A stretch of 64,000 nt of DNA from the NCBI GenBank assembly GCA_044892525.1, contig CM097888.1, forward strand, positions 16,244,001 to 16,308,000. Reading direction: 5' to 3'. Every line of letters starts with the position of its first letter. Positions within the stretch are counted from its first letter, which is position 1. A program made the translations under genes and the position numbers. This DNA is from Schmidtea polychroa (Eukaryota). This document shows positions 56,025 through 64,000 of the stretch, one piece after another. Below the pieces are notes generated by a model. The model saw only the letters and a list, made by a program, of their open reading frames with translations, did no database searches and was not told the DNA's origin.

Positions 56025-59000
56025 TTATTTATGGGCCCTTGGATGCAATTGATAATCCGCCATTTCTCGAATGGACATTTCAACACTTGCCAAATTATTA
56101 ATACATGTTATCCATCTTTCTGCAACATCCCCTTCGCTATCTACTGCAAACAGATATTCTCGACCGGGTGTTTTAATTGTTAATGCTGTCTGGTCCGGCA
56201 TTACACTTCTTGAATTAGGAGGAGCTCCCGATACCGCACCATATCCATTGGATTGTTCCCCAATTACAATTTCTCCCTTACCACAAGCAGACAACGGCCC
56301 GGCAGAATACAATAATCGACGGCCTAAAAGAACACACCATCGCTTCTGCCACTGTTCAGTTAATTGAGATCCAGTTTTATACATCCAACCACTCATTGTA
56401 ATATCCAATGTAAGATCTTTTGCAAGCTGCCAGTATCACATTTTGAATTAATAATCAGAATAATAAAAATAAATAATAATAAACTTTAAAAAAAATTTGT
56501 CGATAGCGGAATTATTTGTAAAAATATAATTCAAATAAATAAATCAATCAACTGAAGATGTTTCAAAGAATATAATTTTAACCAAATGTATATATTTTCT
56601 AAAATTTTTAATTTACGATCTCTAAATTTTGTTTATTCGACAATAAGTCTGTCTCCGACTGCTTTAGATAACCGTTAAAATAATTTGTCGATAGCGGAAT
56701 TATTTGTAAAAATATAATTCAAATAAATAAATCAATCAACTGAAGATGTTTCAAAGAATATAATTTTAACCAAATGTATATATTTTCTAAAATTTTTAAT
56801 TTACGATCTCTAAATTTTGTTTATTCGACAATAAGTCTGTCTCCGACTGCTTTAGATAACCGTTAAAATAATTTGTCGATAGCGGAATAATAAAAATAAT
56901 AATAATGTGAAGTCATAAAAGTAACCAAAACCGATTAATGAAATAGAAAAGTTTAGTCGAAGAACCAATTATAATCTTCCGCCATAAATAAGAATTGCGT
57001 CATGTTTTCCATGAAATATTTGTTGGTTTTGATCTCAAATGAAAATGTTCTAAATGATGTCCTTAATCATTTTAATCACAATTTAGTAAGATTAAACATT
57101 GTGAAAAGTGTGTTCCAATTATTGTCGTTGCGTTTCTTAACATGTTTACGGACACTAATGAACGAGTAAAGTTAAAAAATTGACACCATGTGTTTTAGCC
57201 GATTTCGGCATCGCATCCGCGTGCGGTTTTTTGTCGTTTTGGCGCACACAGACGCGGAATATGATCTTTTTAAGAATGCATTTGGAATTGTGGGTTTGTA
57301 TTTTTATTAAATTGTTGAAATCGATTTTCCTTTTTCTGGAATTTGCTGGAATTGGTTTAAAAAGTTTGTTTAAAAGAAAATTTTTTTGGAACAAGATTTG
57401 AATATTCAAATTTCAAAGAAAGAATGGCTCAAGATAATAATTATGAAGTAGATAAACTGAGTTTGGATTTAAAGAGTTTTCCCATTTGGTCAGATTATGT
57501 GAATTTCTCAAAATTAACTCAAGTCATACGTCAATATGCTGGAAGTCAGAAGACAATTGCTGTACGTCGAATTTCTCATCGGACGATTGTTTATTCTATG
57601 GATGGTATTGAGACAATGGGTTTGGATTTAAAGAGTTCTATTTAGGCAAATTGTATGAAATTCTTAAAATCAACTTATGTCAAATGTCAATATGCTAAAA
57701 GTCAGAAGATAATTGCCACACGTCGAATGTATCATCGGGTTATAGTTACGCCATTGATTCGCATTCAGACAATTTGGAGAGATTATAATGCTTTCAAAAC
57801 TTCTATTAATAGCGTCATTGATAAGAGATTTATCGAAGAGAAGAGTCGGGATTATTTGAACGCAAAGCGAGTTGCAGGAGAATTTGGAGCTTTATTCTTA
57901 AAAGATGGTCAAACTCAAGATCATGTTTTGTTGACTTGTGGACTTAGGGTCGGGCGAGTGATAAACAATAAAAATAAAGACTTGCCTGATTTTTCTCATT
58001 TTGATTTATTCAAATCTGATCCTAACACCATGTTTTGAACCGCGTGCATACTGTTGCAACAGGTGGTAATAACAAGTAATAAATAAACCTAACCTAAAAT
58101 AAACTGTTGCAGATGTGACACAATGCTTATAGTCCTATGTTGGTAAACGTATATTTAGACAGCTTTAGCAGCCTTGTCTGAAAATGACCTTGTTATTTTT
58201 GACGGCTATTGCAGTCATGTTACATTGTGAACTTGGTGTTGACGGTTATGTACGCAAGTGTCCATCAACGTGTTAAAGTATTGATTTTTTTGTATATAAT
58301 AAAAATAAAGAATCAAATTTTTCAATCACATGCCAATAATAACGTCTCATTTAATATTGGTTTAACACCTCAAGACAAGCCATGAATACCTTATGTTATT
58401 TGTATCATTCAGATAACTGCTACCTTTCTATATCAAACTTCTTGCCTTCAGACTTTAAGAGAAAAATTTCCTACTGAACAATGTTTTAGCTACTCATTAT
58501 AGAACATTTGATTGAGCAGCGTTTTGTAAAGTTGAACATGAAGCCTCTGATTGGTGTCTATTCATAGATTCATCGAAGAGAAACCCAAAGGCAATTCTAA
58601 TACATAATGGTAACATGAAGTAACTACTTGATGCAATTAAATAAATTCACATCAATGGAGTATACGAGCTAACTTGAAAGTGATTGGCATGTTAATAAGC
58701 ATTCAAGGAGATTTCACAAAATACATTTGACAGATATGTGCCCATATAACACAACATCAGGCATGAACCGCCATATCTGATCCTCTTGTGTAGCTTTCAG
58801 AATGTGAATCCATCCAAAGTTTTGCCACCATCAAAGTAGGTTTAATGAAAAATTTTGTAAATGGCTAAGCAAAACAAATTCACTAAACTTTTCATTATTT
58901 TGTAGAAAAATTTCCAAAAATTAGCAAAGTCAAGCAGAAAGATAAAATCTTTATAGGAACCAAATATACAAGAGGTTAGAGGATATTGAATTTGATTAAC

Positions 59001-59751
59001 GCCTGTCAGCTTTAGTATTTAAAACATCCAAGACCTTTAAATGGATATGCGAAAATTTGTAATGACAAAATTCTTTCAGCAAAGTTAATTTTTTAACTTG
59101 ATGAGAAAAATAAATTTAAACCATTTTATTTTAGACACAGAAATATTAATAATTCACCTATATTTAAATTTGTAAATCCATTTAATCACGCTTCTGACAA
59201 TTTTTAGTAGTTATTATTAGTATAAATGACAAACAAATCAGTATAATCCAATCGGGACAAGTGACAATGAGAAATTAGCAGTTAAATATTATTGAAATTT
59301 TATCATAATTATTGCAATGTTTAATTATATTTATTTTCAAAATCTTTTACCCTTTGAATTTTCGTCAATTTTCTTTATCATCATTTCTTTTTAGACTATC
59401 GATCAATATTTTGTTTTTATATTGATAGATAGCGTAAAAAGTAATAAAGATAAAAGATATATTGTTGATTATTGCAATATTTTATCAATTCTCACTTCTA
59501 ATTCATTTGCCTTATCGCCAGTCCCTACAACATACGCAGCTCGAAGAGAAAACTTCGCAAATCTAATAGTTTGGTACCAATCGACTAAATCTTCTGGCGT
59601 GTTAGATTTTAAATAAATATGTCTCCAACTGGCTTCTTCATGCCGAAAAAACGATATCATTAATAATTCATCGGGGATTCTTGCTCTAGAATCCGGATTG
59701 TCAATAAAAGTAGCATTAATTCTATCGAGTCTTAAATTTCGCTTAGGATCC
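56025..59751 (-). CDS. ADAP1: ArfGAP with dual PH domains (centaurin-alpha), last two exons; 5' exons not identified
   Basis: Exon 59751-59496 (DPKRNLRLDRINATF...RHIYLK...LVDWYQTIRFAKF) splices in phase 0 to exon 56426-56025 (GWMYKTG...KRW...RRLLY...GEIVIG...GY...KTPGREYLFA...RW); ADAP1 versus ADAP2 orthology unresolved. Confidence 0.85.
56494..56888. repeat. 188-bp tandem duplication (about 2.1 units)
   Basis: AATTTGTCGATAGCGGAAT recurs at 56494, 56682 and 56870; units look identical. Confidence 0.92.
57190..58038 (+). pseudogene. CSTF3: Hairpin module (copy D) plus rearranged CstF-77 fragment, inside ADAP intron, antisense to host
   Basis: KERMAQ...DKLSLDLKSFPIWSDYVNF...QYAGSQKTIAVRR; second unit QYAKSQKIIATRRMYHRVIVTPLIRIQTIWRDYNAFKTSINSVIDKRFIEEKSRDYLNAKRVAGEF. 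Confidence 0.8.
58350..58870 (+). mobile_element. Chapaev-like (CMC) transposase remnant
   Basis: PQDKP*IPYVIC, ASDWCLFIDSSKRNPKAILIHNGN, QGDFTKY, and a frame-shifted equivalent of PPLHIKLGLMKNFVK. Confidence 0.55.
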
Positions 59752-60467
59752 CTTAAATAAAATCGAAGTAAAGAACGATTAATCTATTAATAATTAAACA
59801 TTTCATGCAAAATAATTTGTAGCAATACCAAAAATCGGTAATTTTAGAAAAAGTTGACGTGATTAATTTTAATTAAAAATAAATCTATTTTTGACATTTT
59901 CTAATAAATCGAAATATCTAAAATTTAAAATAATATAAAAAAAATTTGAAATCCAGACGAAATTCTTCAAAGTATAGTCTTAGAGAAATACCATGTTTGA
60001 TTATCAATTAAATACTACAACATATCCAGTTAAAAGAAAGCCGTTGTAATATTTTAAATTAATAAAGTCTTACATATCTAGATAATTAAATTTTATATAA
60101 TAAAATTAATATTAAAATGATATTAAAATAAATACAATGATAGAACATCCTCATCGAAAACTATTCGGCTAATAACGGTCGGTCAAGAGAAGTTGCATTA
60201 AAGATATATATAATAAGATTATCATTAATTTATAAAAATATAAAACTTTAAGGTTACATTTATAAAAATGTATTGAGATAAAATATATTTCAAAATCTTA
60301 ATAAAATTATTGAAAAATTAAAAATCGTTTTATTAAAAAATATGATATGACACAATATGTATACAAAGTTTACTAATCCTATTATTACCTAAAAGTCGAA
60401 ATATCGGCCTTTAATTTTGTACAGTTTTATTCATATACAATGACTTACTTATCTCAATTTTTATATA

Positions 60468-60570
60468 CAGTCAAACCTCTCACAACGCGCCAGATATGTT
60501 TCCGCATTCTTTTAATCGCGTTGTAGCAAATACGCGTTATAAGAGTGACGCGTTATAGGAGGGTTTACTA
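60468..60570. mobile_element. pogo/Tigger-type mini-MITE (103 bp)
   Basis: TA|CAGTCAAACCTCTCACAACGCG ... CGCGTTATAGGAGGGTTTACTA|TA; imperfect TIR. Confidence 0.65.
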
Positions 60571-62289
60571 TACAATTTTTCAACAAGATGCATTTGGAAA
60601 CTTCAAAATTGAAAAGAAAAGTCTGATGTACAGGCAAGGAAATCTAGATCAAGAATTATGTTCCGAGTAAAAAAAGGAATATATAAAGAATATTTTCATT
60701 GTCATTTTCAGGGGGAAAATCATTATAAGCTTTTTATTTATATAATTTTATTCAAAAGTACATATATCTGTTTTCATTTTTCCAAAAAAACTGAAAGTTT
60801 TCCTAAAAACAAATTATTTTATACTTGAATTTAGTCACTTTTATGTTATTTTTATTCACACGTAGACGTAAATACATAATTTCTTAACATCTTTAAACAC
60901 CAAAATCCAACAGCTTCGCGTATATAATAATAAGCAACTTTTGAGTATCTTTTATGTTATACATTTCACAACAATTTATTTCTATTTCCGATAATAAAAT
61001 TTTGGGAATTATCATTATAAAAGATAAAATATGAATATCAAGAATTTGTGGCTGTATATAAATAATTCAAATAAAAAACGGTTTCATATTTCGACTTCCA
61101 TAGTTTCCTTAGCAAATTTTTCATATTCGTTTAAATGTCACGGCATTTTGATGCATGATATTAAATCGCATATGTTAAATATATATATATAAAATGCAAT
61201 AAATTATAAAATGAAAATTTAAATTTAATTTAAGTCCTTTTTGATCAGTTACTTTTACCTTAGGAAAGCAGCCAGTAACGACTGAATAATAAAAATATAT
61301 CCATATCCAGAAAAATATTAATTAAATTTGAACTTTTGCATTGATGCAATTGAAAATAGGATAAGAGATCTTAAATAGATATAAGTTGCACATGGAAACT
61401 ATAATAAACAAAAAGTACAACTTTAATAAAAAAATGTTCGATGATTCCTCTGCGCATAGCCCGCTCGAACACCCAAAAACTAATATAGATCTGTAAAACG
61501 TCGCATAATAATTTATTAAAAAATTCTATCTATTTTTTACATATTTTTTATTTATATTTGAAACAAGAAAACATATAAATGAAAACGAGTAAATTAAAAG
61601 TGAAAATAGTCGCTATTCAAAAAATAAAAAGAATGTGTAAGAATGCAATTAAGTTAATTATTTAATATTATTAACAATTTAATTAAAAATTATGTGAATG
61701 TATGATGCTGATTGATGGTGTTTATTGAATTCTTTATTTATAAATTACTACATAGATTGAATTTTCTTGAACAGATTGGTTTAAATAATATAGTCATCGA
61801 TTGTTGTTATTTTTGTTTAAATAAATTAATTTACTAATATATTTAGTGTTTCGAATGCACATATCCATGATACCTATTTTATTTTTTTAATTAATTTTGT
61901 CTTAAGTCTACCATTTTTGCCTGAAATTGCAAAAATGTATGCTGGAGTTACACGTATGTCATAAAAAAACTCAAGAGTTGAAAGGTATAACAATTATAAG
62001 AAGGAAAACTGTCGAAATATATTGTAAAAATAATGTTCGAGTGTCAATTTCCTATAATTATAATGATTTTAATAAAATTTATCAAAAAGGGCACATTTTT
62101 TTTCGATTTTGTGAAAAAATAAAATTGTGGTGGAACGGTTTTGAAACAGAAATATAAAACAATTTAGGCAAGTGTATAGGGAATTTGTCGATAGATATGA
62201 AAATGGAAGTTCCCTTGAAGGTAGTGTAAAAAGTGTTGAGTGAAGGAGACAGCAGAAGACAATAGTTTTAAAAACTCATAAAGTAGTAT

Positions 62290-62520
62290 TAGATGTGCTA
62301 AGAGATCGACTATTAAACCAAGTGGGTGCGTTTTTTTGAAAGTGAACATCGGAGTCAGTGATGTTTATCAATATTTTGATGTGATACCAGGATTATTTTC
62401 AGATTGTTTTATCGGAATAGGGGATATGAAAAAACCAAATATCAATGATTCCAGAAAGACTATTAAATCAAAGAGCGTAGAATTTAATTTTGTATCGAAT
62501 ACAAACATTGAATCTTTAAA
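62290..62520 (+). mobile_element. Retroelement aspartic-protease remnant
   Basis: IKPSGCVFLKVNIGVSDVYQYFDVIPGLFSDCFIGIG resembles the C-terminal half of Gypsy proteases; a similar piece lies near 63220-63310. Confidence 0.45.
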
Positions 62521-64000
62521 CTGATTAAAATCGACTTCACAGGTCCAAGTGCGACTGGTTTTATGGTTAAAAGATCCGAAATAATAATAATAATAATATG
62601 AATGAATGTACTAGTAGAGTAGTAGGCTTTTATGTGACAATCGGGGATGGAGATTGTTTTGTGATAGATATTATCGTTGGTGGACTCAATTATAACATTA
62701 ATTTTTCAAGAGATTATTTATTTACAGGAAATAAACAGAACAATTTAAAAAAGATATTGATCTTGCAAAGTCTTTAAATAAATCATGACCATATGTTTAA
62801 GTGAGGTTGAGACAATTATGGGATGGTAATAAAAAAAACTATTCACTGGATCATTAGGATTTGTAGTTATAAAAGGAAATTCAAAATTCTGATTTAGATT
62901 TGAAAAAAAGAAAAAATATTCGATCAAGTACAAGAACATTGCACAGTAACACAAAAAAGGCAGGCAAAATATTACAACAAGTACTGTAATGAATTGACAG
63001 TTGGAAACACTTTTTATAAGTAAAAGGTATTTAGGTCAGTTTAGAAAAATAAATATTTTAGAAATATAGACATAATAAAAAGATAAGAAAAAACAATAAA
63101 GAGCAGTTACAATCACATTTTAAAAATTTTTGTCGGAGTAAGAGACATTTCGGAATTCAGTGAGTTGAGCTATCAACTAAGCGATGTAGAAACAATTATG
63201 CTGAGTGAAACCACAAAAAAAAGGTAAATACTAAAATATCAGAGAATTTATGCTTCAAAAAAGAGCAGTTCGTGCTAACCGAAGAGGTTCCTTGTGATAT
63301 AATTTGACAATAATAGTTGTTTAATAATATGTTTGTCATGTTTAATATATATTATTACAATATTAGTTATTTAATTTTATATTTGACTTTTGATCGTTTT
63401 TAAGAGAAAAAAATAATATTTCTTTGGAAAATTATTTAATCACTTTTAAAGATTAGGGACAGCGATTTTTAGATGTGAGATATATATGGTTAAAGATTTG
63501 TTGCTCAAGATTAAAAAATTTTAAATGTATGTTTAGTTTTTATTTCAATGAAATAAAAGAAAAATAAATTTGTTCTTTCTATTCCTGTAAAAATTTTTAT
63601 TTGATTTCGTTAATTTATTTGAAATTTACAAAATCTCAGTTCATTTTGAAATATTGACTATATTTACAATGATAAATAGGAAATTTGGATTCAAATTTCT
63701 TAAATTTTATTTCACTACTAATTCAATTGTAAATGATCTTTTACTAAGTCTACGCAAAGCTAAAATCTCTTTTTAATGGTGCATTATGAAAGAAAATAAA
63801 AAAAATAATGAATTTGTTGAAAATAAAGTTTATCCGTTCATATATTTATTAAAACGGAGAGATAAATTGTTAAAGTATAAGTGAATTTCACCAAGAATAG
63901 ATTTTTCCAACCAAATATATTAATTAAAAAATTTTCCATTCATTGACAAAAAAGTATTACGATTTTTATAAACATTTAATATCAAAATAGAAAAAATAAA

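Noticed and set aside
59950-61520. Candidate upstream ADAP exons (LKYYNG, KLWKSKYET)
   Set aside because: Splice phases or frames could not be reconciled with the phase-2 acceptor at 59751; no ArfGAP zinc finger found.

Overview
Very AT-rich eukaryotic (invertebrate) genomic DNA with minimal 44-51 bp introns and six assembly gaps (3461-3597, 3928-4062, 15059-15363, 17868-18018, 23303-23452, 30212-30469). A free-living flatworm such as a planarian is plausible, but this is inference only. Host genes: exons 1-2 of a novel-type PKC (-), three tandem actin genes (+) each with a CArG-like box and TATA, a divergent 3-exon GST (+), COX5A (-), a compact 4-exon Mff/Tango11-like gene (+, absent from the ORF track), and the last two PH-domain exons of an ADAP/centaurin-alpha gene (-). 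Intergenic and intronic space holds transposon debris: hAT, piggyBac, pogo/Tigger, Tc1/mariner, a Helitron-like element, Chapaev-like, Gypsy, and the decayed virion module of a Polinton/Maverick. The most unusual signal is a short GC-rich inverted-repeat module (arms CGCGTCTGTGTGCGC...GCGCACACAGACGCG, in three copies preceded by a second small hairpin). It occurs four times and each time heads a rearranged cargo: CstF-77 fragments (twice, running toward piggyBac-like sequence), actin fragments, and an unidentified, possibly DOCK-like ORF. This may be an undescribed gene-fragment-capturing element. All protein family calls come from recalled motifs, not database searches.
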